DNA of 63,594 bases, filler included, from Collodictyon triciliatum (lineage: Eukaryota): NCBI GenBank assembly GCA_043381765.1. It is 5 parts of 5 records of this genome, joined end to end, with 100 filler letters (N's around TTAATTAATTAA, not from the genome) between each part and the next. Parts side by side here need not be neighbours in the genome. Positions count along the whole stretch, not along the records: positions 19,063 to 45,263 come from JBHJMP010000027.1; 4 more parts are not named here. One strand, 5' to 3'. Position 1 is the stretch's first letter. Every line of letters begins with the position of its first letter. Shown here in pieces: positions 25,023 to 37,353 of the stretch. The translations under genes and the position numbers were made by a program. The notes under the pieces were generated by a model. That model was not told the origin of the DNA. It did not search any database and saw only the letters and a list, made by a program, of their open reading frames with translations.

Positions 25023-28000
25023 ATTGGCGGTCACTTTTATTTTGATTGCTACCTTGGCATCATTTTGTTCTCCCGCGCAACCGATCGGAAGGTTTGACTT
25101 TCTGTGACATTCTTTTGGAACAATTAAGCTAATTTAATCCTTCACCTTCCCGCACCAATTGAAAGGAAGAATAAAAAAACCAATTTAATTTAATCCTTTC
25201 ATAGACCAATGTGTCAATACACACGAGATGATTTTGTTTCTATGAAAATTGAGGATGTTATCCAAATTCTCCTGCAATTTTATGATGAAACATGTCCTTC
25301 AATCATAAATGATAAAGGAGTAGAGGATATGCTGGTTCAAAATATTTTTAGAGATAGTGAGCATCTTCACCAAGATGATATAAATACTGTCATGTATGAC
25401 GAAAAGGAACCAGAAAAGGAGGAAGCTATTTTCTATCAAGACAATGCTTTGTTGCATTCGAAAGGAAATATTTTTCAGATTGAGGGAGTAGATTCATCAA
25501 TTCTTAAAGACTCTCGTGTGGGAGATGGGTCCCAATATATCAGTCTCGTGAAATTTTATGATTACTTTGGTGGTAAAGATTGGTTTAATGATAGCCAATG
25601 GAGAAACGAAAGTATTCCAATATGCCGATGGTATGGAATCGAATGCAATAAAAGATGCTCATCTATGATGATAATGGTATGATTAGATGAGAACATATGA
25701 TTTTTTTACATTCTTCCATTCAGTGTATGCAGGATGGGAATATTTTTTATTTACTAAATATAAGCATACACAGACAAATGAATGTCCTGTTATTGGAATT
25801 TTCATGCCTGAAAACAATCTAAGGGGAAATATAAAGGATCTGGAAGAACTGTTGGAAACACTAACATACATAATCGGATTCGACCTGAGTTCAAACTCTA
25901 TTCATGGAAGTCTTCCAGACTTCGAACATCCTTTTCTTTCATCCATCAATCTTTTTGATAACCAGATATCTGGAACTATTCCAAACTTCAAATCAATTCC
26001 AATCGTTACTATCCTAATTATTGATGAGAATATGTTGAATGGTACTGTACCTGACTTTTCGAACATAAAAAATCTGAAAACTCTTCGAATCGGGTCCAGT
26101 GAAAAGTTGACAGGTTAACACTACCAATCTTTATATATATATTGCATATTTAATAATCGATTAAATATCTCCAGGAACTATTCCGAATTTCTCCAATCTG
26201 CCGGCCATGCAAAACCTGGGGATTTACAACACAAAAATCAATGGTTTATTTTTCCATACAACAGAGAAAGATGCAGTTGAATTTAATTAATATAAAATGT
26301 GGATTATAATAATAGGAACAATACCAGATTTTAACAAGACTCTATCTATCAAGACGGTGGTTCTTGCTGGTAATCGATTAACAGGTTTTGATTTTTTCCA
26401 AAAAAAAAATGAACATAAGATAGTATTTGAATGTTTTCGTACACATTTCAGGAACGATTCCGGATTTCACAAATTTTCCAAAAATCGAATTGGTTCTTCT
26501 TGGTAGCAACCTTTTAACAGGTTTTCTTTTCGGTTTTTGATAATTTGTCTTACTGTCGCTTTTAACTTTTTTTTATTGTGTCGACATAACAGGAACTATT
26601 CCGGAATTCAAGAATGTCCCTACTATCAAAGAGATAAATATTCATAGCAATCAGCTATTCGGTATAATTGACAGCTTAATGTTTTAATCGAATAATACTG
26701 ATTTACTTATTTATTTCAGGACCTATTAGAGACTTCAACACAACTCCATTAATCAAAAAAATCTATCTTAGCAACAATTTCATTAGTGGTCGGTAAATTA
26801 TCCTTAAAGGCATTCATTTTTATTTTTTCAAAGTTTTTTTCCTTGCATTAAACTAGGGCCAATACCTGATTTCAATTATATCCCTGATGCCGAAGAAATC
26901 ATTCTAGATAGGAATAGATTCAATGGTGATTTTTTCTTTAAAACTTGAGACATAAGTAGAGATATAATATCTTATTTAATTATAGGTACTATTCCAAACT
27001 TTTCACACGTACCAAGATTGCAGTTTTTCTCAGTGTACGACAATGAGTTTAATGGTTTCATTCCACTTTTTGAAAAATGTCCTGATTTAACGGACATCAT
27101 TCTTTTCAGAAACAACTTGACTGGAACGATGCCATCTCTTGAGTTACCAAGGCTTACATACTTGGACGTCAGTGAAAATCAAATTAGTGGTTCGATTCCA
27201 ACTAACATGGATATACTACCGATTCAAAACCTAGATTTATCAAGGAATCACCTAAGTGGATACATTCCGATATATTTCGAAAACTTCTCTCAATTGAAAT
27301 CGCTTACTTTATCCTATAATCAGTTTTCTGGAAGAATTCCTTTCAAAATTTGGAGTTTCCGAAACTTAAATTTGATTGACTTGAGAAATAATTTGTTCTG
27401 CGATGATATCGGTGCTTTCATTGTTCCTTCATTGGGAAACAATATCTACTTTTATGAAACTCTTTTACTTGATGGAAATCGGTTCTACGGGGAATTAAAT
27501 TACCGAATTTTTAATTTCTTGGTTAACCTGAGAACTCTTGGCCTACGGAACAATCATTTAACAAGGCTTGGTGAACTAACAAATTCGTTGAGATGGAATT
27601 GGCTGGAGCTATCTGGAAACCCCCTTAATGGGAGCATACCCGAGTCGTACAGAAGATTTTCAAAGTTAGAATATCTTGGATTAGATGGCACACTACTGAA
27701 TCGAGGAGAGTCGAATTTTCTTCCTGACTTTATGGATTATGCGGTACCATTCAGCTTGGAAGATGAATCCAGATTTTATGTGTGTCCATCTATTATTTCA
27801 AATCTTGGTCTGATTGAGCTTAATGTCAGAATGAATCCAAAGTATTACGATTACGAACTTTGCAAATGTTTACCAGGATATTTTGGATTCGGAGAAAATT
27901 GTGTTCAATGTCCAAGGGAGTGTGAATGCACTGACGGTACAAATCTAAAGTATTGCTATGCTTCTCCAACTGTGTTTCGATTGAAGTCAATTCTTGTATG

Positions 28001-29687
28001 CCCAAGACCTGATTCATGCCATACATTCATCCCAAGCAAGGTCTCAAATAATAATATTTCTATACCCATAAGTAAAGTGTGCGAAGAGGGATATGAAGGA
28101 CATGCTTGTTCCAAGTGCCAAGATGGGTACGGGAGTCAGGGAAGGTCTTGCATAAAATGTGAACAAGAAGCGGTTTATTCTACTTTGATTCTTGGATCAT
28201 TGGGATTCCTTCTCTTCATAACTTATCTCTATTTTAAGGAAACATCAACTTCAGGTTTATTCTAGAAAAAGTCACTTTTTTTTTCGTTCATAAACTTTCA
28301 AAATACTCTTGTATTTTTTTTTGGGAGCAGGATCAGTTTTGTCATAACTTCAAATCCAAGTCAGAGTGCAATATGATTAATCGAAATTATTTTTACAAAA
28401 GCAACCCTTAGGATTATCATGTTCAACATGCAAACTTTATCAGTCATCTCCTTCGGGCTTATTGAATCTGATGATGCCAATAAGTTTATTGACTTATTTT
28501 CATCCCTTGGATCCATTCAGTTTCCCAACATGCCTTGTATTCTGGGGAGGAATAATTTGTTTGACATTTTATTAATCAGTTATGCAAGAATACCATTTTT
28601 CATCATGGTAGGGTCTGTTTGTTATTATTTTGGGTATGGGCGCAAGCAAAACAAGGTAAAAATGTAAAATTGATAAAGTTCTCTTTAAAAAAGCTTCAAT
28701 GATTGCGAAAATAACTCCTCTGTTTATTAGGCCGTCTTCATTACCTTGAGCATGTTATTTTTTATTTACTACCCGGTTGCTAGGGGAGTGTTTGGGGTTT
28801 TTGGGTGCACTGTTTTTGATAGCGGGGAGGGTGTTTGGTATTTAAATTATGCACCCTGGATTCAATGCAGTCCTGCTTCGGATGAGTATCTCAGTTTACT
28901 GGGCATTTCGATTCCAGTTTTCGCACTGTTTTTGATTGGATTGCCAGCTTTCCTCTGGTGGAAAGTAAGGATTATGTTTAACAGACCTGGATATGAACCT
29001 GGGGCTCGATATGGATTTATGTATATGCCATATAAGGAGGTATTATTATTATTATTATTNNNNNNNNNNNNNNNNNNNNNNNNNNNNNNNNNNNNNNNNN
29101 NNNNNNNNNNNNNNNNNNNNNNNNNNNNNNNNNNNNNNNNNNNNNNNNNNNNNNNNNNNNNNNNNNNNNNNNNNNNNNNNNNNNNNNNNNNNNNNNNNNN
29201 NNNNNNNNNNNNNNNNNNNNNNNNNNNNNNNNNNNNNNNNNNNNNNNNNNNNNNNNNNNNNNNNNNNNNNNNNNNNNNNNNNNNNNNNNNNNNNNNNNNN
29301 NNNNNNNNNNNNNNNNNNNNNNNNNNNNNNNNNNNNNNNNNNNNNNNNNNTTTTTTTTTTACATTTATTGATTGAAGTTATAAACAGGGCTCAATATGGA
29401 TGCAAAAAGAGTACAAACCATATAATTCCAAAATTGACAACCAAATGGAAGTTTCAAGTTTGTATGTCATTTTTGTGTCGTTCTTCCTTGCACTCTTATC
29501 GAGTTTACTGGGGTCTCATACATGGATTACAGCTCTGCTTATTGGAATTAATCTGGGATGGATACTATACTATACGGTAATTACCTTGCTTATTCCCATA
29601 TTTAAGGGTGATGGCTTAAAGGAAAAGGTACAGCAAATGAAAAGATTGACTACTAAGAAGTTATCCTTTGACCCCATGGAGCAATAA
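25023..29687 (+). CDS. LRR receptor-like multi-pass membrane protein: signal peptide, LRR N-cap, plant-type LRRs, Cys-rich stalk, about 7+ TM helices, no kinase
   Basis: Signal-like LAVTFILIATLASFCSPA; N-cap WFNDSQWRNESIPICRWYGIEC; LxxLxLxxNxLSGxIP repeats; Cys-rich CKCLPGYFG..CVQCP..CEEGYEGHACSKCQDGY..CIKC; hydrophobic helices with LRIIMFNMQ, VFGVFGC, WYLNYAPWIQC, IGLP, RYGFMYMPYK, KPYNSKIDNQMEVSSL. One exon is probably in gap 29060-29350. Confidence 0.88.
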
Positions 29688-30264
29688 AGACAAAGAAAAA
29701 AGTATGCATCCAAAATTTTAGAGTTTGTAGTATTTTTTTTTTACTTTTATATGATGAGCTGAGAGTTGCTGTTGGTGAGTAAACCCCCGTTTATTTAATT
29801 TCCGACCGATTTGTTACATTTTAGCATCCATGATGAAAAACTCTAAAACTTCGGTAATCCCATAAATGAAAAGAAAAAGGGTGCATCGATAGATACTATT
29901 ATCATTGGCAATATGTATCCTGTTGGGGCGCAATTTTTTTCCAGCGATGTTCATATCGTATTGTGGGGTTACAAAATGTGTTGCCATGTAACCTATAAAA
30001 ATATCTTCTGGTGATAATCTTTACCACGATAGTGCCACGAAGTCATTATATAGTGATTTTCCAGAGAAAATTATTCATGATTAAGCTGTATCCTAGTTTA
30101 ATCATAATCTCATAATTGAAATTTCTTCTTTTTCATCTCAAATTGCGCCATACAGAAAAAAAATACAGTTTCGTTTCAAAAAAGCGGTCAAGAAGGCGTT
30201 TTTGGCTCTCGTTTAAAGAAGTGGAACGATTCTGAATCCAGGTATGGACGGCGCCATAAGTTTA

Positions 30265-31565
30265 TTAAACAGTTCCTGATGAACTAAATGGATTTAACCG
30301 TCTGAAAAAGTTGTATAGCTCTGAGCTCAGGCGCTCCTTTGGTTTCCTCAGAATTTTCTCAGTTTTTTTCGGGCTGTAACCTGGGTTATGTCATGGATAT
30401 GTTCATAATAATTGGATGTGTATCAACACCACATATCGGCAAAACCATATGCAGTCACAAATGGCTAAGTTTTTCAAAATGGCAAGTTATTACCGTCAGA
30501 TTTTGTAGAAGACAAACTCGTCATTCTGGCGTGAAGCCATTCAAGCGCATCGTAGGTTTTCTCGGCATCAATAATAGAATGAGTAAATATAGCATATCTT
30601 CCCTGGAAACGATTTTATTGAATTACATTTACAAGCAACCATTTTATGCTTAGAGCCCAAAACAGAAATATCTGATAGTCTATATCTTCGTCGTTGGATT
30701 AAACCTACTTTCAGAAGGATGTCAAGCCACATTAACTTTGCAATTCTATCAAAACTCACAGATATTTCAGCATCCTATTTTAATTGCATAAAAAGATATT
30801 AAAGCACTGAAGTAAAAAAAAAGAGAAATTTAAGTTACATCCAAGTTGCGATGAGTTTTTTTTTAATTGAATAAGGAATGATTCTTCAGATGATTACGTG
30901 ATTCAAGGCTAATATAAGGACAGGTATATTCTTTTGAGATTCGTATTGCAAAACAGCCCGCAACATTGTGGATGCCCTCAAAACTTGTGATTCGTTGATG
31001 CAGTTGACCACATAAATCAAACCCTTTGGTGTATGTCTTGGGTGACGTAGTGGCTTGGAATATATATATATATATGATTTATGAAAGTTTATCAATTCAT
31101 AAGTAACCATCACTTCTCTGTGTTATTCATAATACCGGCGATATAATTATCTAGTCAGTTTACTAGAATTTAAATGGATGGGATTCAATCAAAATGTGTA
31201 TTGACAAACTTACAAAGCCTCTTCCTCCACTAGAGTAATGTATGAACGTAATAAAATCACCACTTTTCAATGGGAGGCTGCATTGATCGCCGGATGTGCC
31301 ATCAGGTTGAAAGTCTTTGTCTCCAAAACGGTCATTATACGTGTTGGTTTTGTTGAGGGTTTTAAACAGATGGAGTGGCTCGGTTCCCTACAAGGAAATA
31401 CTGGTGAGCTATTTATTCACGTGAACAAAGGGCGATAAAAGACCTCAATAACAAAATCTTAACCTCGACTCTGACCCAATAGCGCTGTTTTGCTTGCTCT
31501 GCAAACGTATCCATCACCGAGTCGTCTTTTTCAGGGTTCGTGTAGGAATCTAACACGGTGTCCAT
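30265..31565 (-). CDS. Divergent Arf/Arl-fold protein with degenerate G1, G3 and G4 motifs (candidate pseudo-GTPase)
   Basis: Five exons join in phase: MDTV..RYWVRVE|GTEPLHLFKTL..ITFIHYSSGGRGF|PLRHPRHTPKGLIYVVNCINESQVLRASTMLRAVLQYESQKNIPVLILALNH|DAEISVSFDRIAKLMWLDILLK|GRYAIFTHSIIDAEKTYDALEWL. This follows the Arf pattern GLIFVVD..L..IPVLILANK.D..EI...L.L..R.W.I..SA...EGL.WL. Stop is at 30474, or at 30265 via one more intron. Confidence 0.7.
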
Positions 31566-32081
31566 TCTTGTTTATGGGAAAACAAATATGGAAAGGCGCT
31601 CAGTTGCTTTGTTGGCTCACTACTAACGACAAGGGCTGCGTTGCAAAACAACACGATTAATCCACAGAGTTATTAGCCATGATACCGGAGCCTATTTCCA
31701 CGGTGCTGGGCTTTCTTTTCAAATCAACACCTGTAGTTTTCGACCATCTCTTAAATACGGAACGCCAAAGCTTCGCCGTCGCGGAAATAGAATGCGTTTT
31801 CATATCTTTTCTTCAAAAATGCAGATTTTCCCACAATCGGCTGCCGAGAACTTCGTCGAATTGAATCCTTTTCCGGTGGCTCGTTCAGAGAAACATTTTT
31901 TGATGAAGATACGAAACCACGCTTTATATATTACCAAAGAAAAGACCACCAAAGTAACATTATTTTCGGGCTGTGCCTTCTGCCATTTTTCTCTTCTTAA
32001 AAAAATATTAGAGGTGATTCGAAAACAGGCGTATCATCAAGCCTTTCTCTCACCTAAGGTACGGCCTCAATCATGGCTATC

Positions 32082-32116
<35 letters not shown>

Positions 32117-32160
32117 GTTCTCTTCGTTTATCTGCTGCCGCTTATGACTAAAATTGTTTA

Positions 32161-33633
32161 TTATCCTCTTGAGCGATGCCATTCCACAAACGAGTCAAAC
32201 AGGACAGGCCAAGCTCCTAAGTGACGAAAAAAGAAAGGGGAGTTCATTTTCTTCTCTTATTATGTTATAATAGCCAAAAGTTACTCCACCAATAAATAGA
32301 TGAATACCTTGGTCGTCGTATTTTGATATGTCTCCCTTCGTCTGATTGTTGAATTCAATCATCAAGCCCCATGCGTCTTTGGAAATTACCTTCGTCTTGG
32401 ATGACTTTTTTTTTCAATGTAAGCGGTGGGATGTGTTAGTGGTGCGATAATCGGAACATCGATTGCTTGATAGAAGCTCTTGGTGTAGAGAAAAGAAATG
32501 GCTACAAGAATGTAAAAACCTGAATGAATTCGATCCATGATTCAAGAAGGACAAAGCGTCCAGGCAGTAGCAGTTGCCACAGAGCAATTGCCATCTCTAC
32601 GTCTATATTTGAATTGAAGAGATCGTAAAAAAAAAAAATACTTGGGTGCTGAGATTATACGAAACATATGGCGTAGTATAATGCACCACTGAAAACAAAC
32701 CAAGATTCTTTTGAACATCCTCCTTGGAATACATGAAACAGAAAAGGTAAAAATCTTTGAACTTTGAAGGATTGTCCAGGTCGCGCTTCCAACTGGCCAG
32801 CCCCGCTTGTATGGCTTGGATTGTGTAGCATCTGTGCGAATAGACGATGCAAAGTACGAGTGATGAAAGGAGTCTATGAGTAGGTAACATGCGTTTCTGC
32901 ACAATACATGAAGAGATTCAGTTAGGTATTAGATGCCAAACCCCAACGCTGCCAAGCCTTCAGTCCATTCTTTCTTTGTTATCACACCCATCCTTTTTGA
33001 TTTGATCTTATAGGCCAAAACCAGCATGGAAACATCCTCAACCGAAACACCCAAATCCTGTGCAAACTGCACGATACCTTCTTGTCCTATCGTGTCTTCA
33101 TTCTCTGGTGGTATTGAGACAAATCAGTTGGTGGAGATTTTTTTTCCATTCCATTTTTCTTTTTTTCGTTATTGAATAAAAAAATGGAAGATAGTTGGTC
33201 AGTGGTATTTCTGTAATACAAATGAAGACCTTTGTACTTTTGGAACAAAGCAAGCAGTGCATTTGGGTCGGGCCTCACAGAGGTTGAGCCAGCAGCAGAG
33301 GTTTTACTTGTGCTTCGAGGACTTATGAAGAAGTCTTCGATGGCTGCCTCCAAGTTGAAGTTGTGTTTCTTTAAAAACTCTGTTGCGACCGCATCCCTGT
33401 GTCGATTGAAACACATAACAAGCAGTTATTTTTCTTGGAGTTAGAGAGAGGGAAAAAAAAACACACACACAACGCCTTACTAGAGTCAAAAAGAAGAAAG
33501 AAAAAAAAGGGGAGATGGAGAAAACAAGTCAGCTGAAACGAAGGTGACGTGACAGAAAAAGGGATCAGAAAACAGACGGGGCGCTTGTGATGTCCTTGAA
33601 CTGATCAAACTTCTCCTTCTGAGCTCGGTTCAT
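32161..33633 (-). CDS. DCN1: DCN1-like cullin neddylation E3 (UBA-like + PONY/cullin-binding domain)
   Basis: AQKEKFDQFKDIT; ATEFLKKHNFNLEAAIEDFF; IGQEGIVQFAQDLGVSVEDVSMLVLAYKI; FKDFYLFCFMYSKEDVQKNLDVEMAIALWQLLL; ISKDAW; YDDQGAWPVLFDSFVEW. Confidence 0.95.
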
Positions 33634-34080
33634 AAGATGCGCCTTCCTGCAAAGTGTGGTTTAGTCTCCAACTCCGAGCTTTCCAGCTATGATGTGGGAT
33701 CTCAAAGTCTTCTGCGACATCACGCATAGCAACTTGCGTGCGTCTGATTCTTGAAGCCATCCGATCACAGGACGCCTGGAGAACGTGATTGGTCGGGCCA
33801 AAAAGATGAGAAAAAAAAAAGAGAGAAACCAGGCAGAAGGCGGGTCGACAAATATGGTATGATTGAAAATTCCAGATATGGATGAACCAAACAAGTCATG
33901 GATAAACCGCATCGCTTGCAGGCGGATCAGCGAGATGCTTCCGTGAAGGCGACAGCAAACAATTTATGCTTGGGTTTAGACTACCACTTAAAATCTCTTA
34001 GTTTTGAGGATAGCAATCATCGCCTGCTTCCGGGGCTGATTGAAAATCATTCGAAGTTTGTTTTTGCAGATAGAGTTTCT

Positions 34081-37000
34081 TCATTCGTTCAAGTTGTCCT
34101 TTGGTTCCCACGTGCAATAATTGAAGTCGTAGCTGTACCACTTAATCAGAAAATACCACCGTTTCTGTGAGAACACAACGGCATTAAAACCAAGGCCATA
34201 TGATGTTCTTGAAATTATATGGGCAGTAAGTAACAATCTTGCCAGAGTATTTCTCAGATAAACTCAACTGGACGAATCTAGCATACCTCGACAAAATTGT
34301 ATCGTCGGTCCAAAACCTGTTCGACGAAAAACTGAGGAATTTCCTCATTCTTATGCTTCATCTCAGCTTCCTTCTCTTCGTCGGAAGCATTTCGCTTCTT
34401 CTTGCGACGTATGTGCAGCAGTTTTGGTTTAGCCTTATGCCGTATCTCACTTTTGTTTCTCGTAAGAGAACCAATGTTTGAGTCTTTCTTACCTGGTGGT
34501 TTTGGATTATGCTTCAAATTCAGATGGGAATGGAGGTGTCATACCATCATGTCGAACCCAATGAAACATTATAGCGTGATTGAATACTTACTTTTTTGGG
34601 CATCCAGGTCTGGTTCTATTGCCCTAGATTTATCCTGAGAAAACGAAATGAAGTGGAATTCAGCACAGAGTAATAAATATATGAATCGAAAATAAATCGA
34701 ATTACCCTCTGTTTTGATAGTGAATCTTTCTCTCCGTGTTTTAGAGAATCCTCAGAACCTGACCCACTACCTGACTCGCTAGCTATTCGGTGTTCAATCG
34801 TTCTTTGAAATACATTTTGAATTATATGGCAATATTCTTTTATAAATAAAAATTGGAGTACTTGAGCTATTGCCAAGGGACTTTTCATTCACTTCCATGC
34901 TTCCTTCATTTGTGAAAACGGAGTGCGTTTGAATTTCTGTAATATTCGGTTGCACACTCTCGAGTAATATTTGAAATTCTTCATCTAAGTCACAAGACTT
35001 AGTAACTTGAATGTACTCAAAACAAATATTTTTTCCAAAATCGCTAAGTGTTTGAGCAAAATAATGCAGGGAGATTTAAACATGTTTTTATTTTTGGGAT
35101 CGCTAGGATAAGTTTGCAAAAGTAAACATTGAAACTTGCCTTCTTCATCGTCAGGATTTGCGCGTCCAGATTTTGGTTCAGACATGTGTTGGGTTTCAGC
35201 GTGAATATCCTGGAGAGTAAATAAAATTAAAAGCATGAACTGACAAAGTATAGGACGTATCAATCAAACGTTTTTTCTTTTCCTTTTTCCTTTTTCCTAT
35301 TTCCTTTTTCCTTTTTCCTATTTCCTTTTTCCTTTTTCCTTTTTCCTTTTTCCTTTTTCCTTTTTTCTTTTTTCTTTTTTCTTTTTTCTTTTTTCTTTTT
35401 TCTTTTTTCTTTTTTCCAGCTATGGTTAGTTGAATCGAAGGTGAGTTTGCTGAGGACGTTTGACATCATTTATATATTAATATTTATATATAAATGATGT
35501 CAACGTTGGTACTTACATGAACACTTCTCCGACTTGCACATACTCCGCACATACATTTTAATCTCATAGGGTCTCTGGAGAAAGAACAAAATATACATGA
35601 TAATTCGGTTAAGATACATATCAAAAGTACACCTTGCAATAATTGGAGGGGCGCCTACCCGAACTCTAGGTAAATTTTGTGGTAGGTATTAACAAATTAT
35701 TTTTCTTGAATTTTAATCATATTGAACACTCCATCTGAGCAAAACCCCTTAATTGATTATGTTTTGACGTTTCATGAAAGCTAGGCTCACTTGTGACCAA
35801 AACTTTATGTCTGTAGTCCTATTGTGACACTAAGTGAGAATATGAACAGCGTATAAAGAACTGAAGTACCATGTATATTTTAAAGAATATACTCGTACCC
35901 TTTTCATTTGCGAGTTTTCGACTATATGAATCGCCTCCTGTGTATTCAGAAGCAGAAAATCTGCAAAGTCGACTCCAGGCTCTTCAAGAGAATTCAGGAA
36001 AAATGGAGCACTGTCCATAAATTGCGGTCTATAATTACACCATATTCGTGATAAAGACATGCTTTTAAATGAAATCAAGGCGCCACCGATACAGAAGTGA
36101 TCCGTATAGTTAAATGACGCGTAACTTTGTAGACATATATACTTTGACAAACCTGGTTGCTGGCCAGAGTTGAATATCTTCCTCTTTTTGAGGCTGAACA
36201 AAATCTGTTTGGTTGATGCCTCCGTCAACTGAAAAGTATGAAGGTGTGTTCCTTTCCTAGATAATAATTTGATTCCATAATGAAAATGACAAATAGTGAG
36301 GGAGACATTGATTGAGGTTTTCGATGATTCGAAGATAAGGAGATGAATTGAAAAAATGTATTAAAAGAAAAGGCGTTTACTTGCTCACTTCTGTCCCGTA
36401 GCTTAGCAAGTATTCTTCTTTCTATTCCATCGTTCTCTCGTTCTTTATCCATCAAAAGCCCTTCATGTATTCTTTTCTGCAGACCTGATTCCAAGGATTC
36501 GATTACAGTTCGAATACGTGCTTGATTCACTGCATTATGAGATAAGAAAACCCATTAAAAGGAAATAGTAGAGGCTTTCGTGAAAGTAGTGCGCATTATT
36601 TACAATTAATGTTACTGTTTTTCAGATTAATAAGCCTGTTTGTGATACATGAGATATTATCTGAAATAAATGAATGAGCGTAGTCAAGTGATGTTTTTTT
36701 TTGGAAGTTTTACGTATCGAGCGTCTTCGAAGGGTTCTCAGATCAGTTAGTGTGAGGCATTTAAAGAGTATCATTCGGTGAACAAGGACATGGTTTTTCA
36801 CTTGGGTCAGTGAGGCGCCGTCGACAAAATATTGGTGGCATATGGGACATCTGGGTTGTCTCTCATGCCCCGGCGAATCTGCTGTGAAAGCAGCCAGTTG
36901 ACACAAGAGCGTTTCGTGCAAATTCTCCTCGCTCTGTTTGCAATGGAGGTCTTCTAATCACATATTTATATCTATTTATGCACTAATAGCGATTACACGC

Positions 37001-37353
37001 TGGGACGCTTCTTCTACTCGAGTATTGGTCTACAATAAGCGGCAGAGAGCAACAGCAGTTGTGAAAAAATATATATATTGCATGCTTGGAAGTCGAGTAT
37101 GTAAAGATATGGCGCGAATGTTTTTCCTCGCACGGTGCTAAGCCTTACTTGCAGGTGTTTGTGACCGGGCTGCATGGTCGAAAGTCCAATGCGCTTCTTG
37201 GTCGCTCTCCTGGTTTTCGTCGTTGGAAAGGCTGTCTGGATCACCAGAGGCGCCTCGGTTTTCTTCCCGATCGACATAGGATCGGGTTCGGCGCTTGGGT
37301 TGAGAGGAGCTCTTTTGCTTGCTGACCGCAGATGCTCCTTGCATGTGGATCAA
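34081..37353 (-). CDS. Multi-exon protein with an N-terminal CxxC..H zinc-finger-like motif and a C-terminal chromodomain (may be more than one gene)
   Basis: Chromodomain across two exons: FFVEQVLDRRYNFVE|KRWYFLIKWYSYDFNYCTWEPKDNLNE*. Upstream CPICHQYFVDGASLTQVKNH (UBZ/C2H2-like) and CMCGVC. Continuity of the middle exons was not fully verified. Confidence 0.65.
35270..35416. repeat. (TTTTTCC)/(TTTTTCT) pyrimidine-rich tandem repeat, intronic
   Basis: Seen directly. Confidence 0.9.

Noticed and set aside
27185..27205. tRNA T-loop-like GGTTCGATTCC
   Set aside because: It lies in an LRR exon (SGSIP codons), with no cloverleaf around it.
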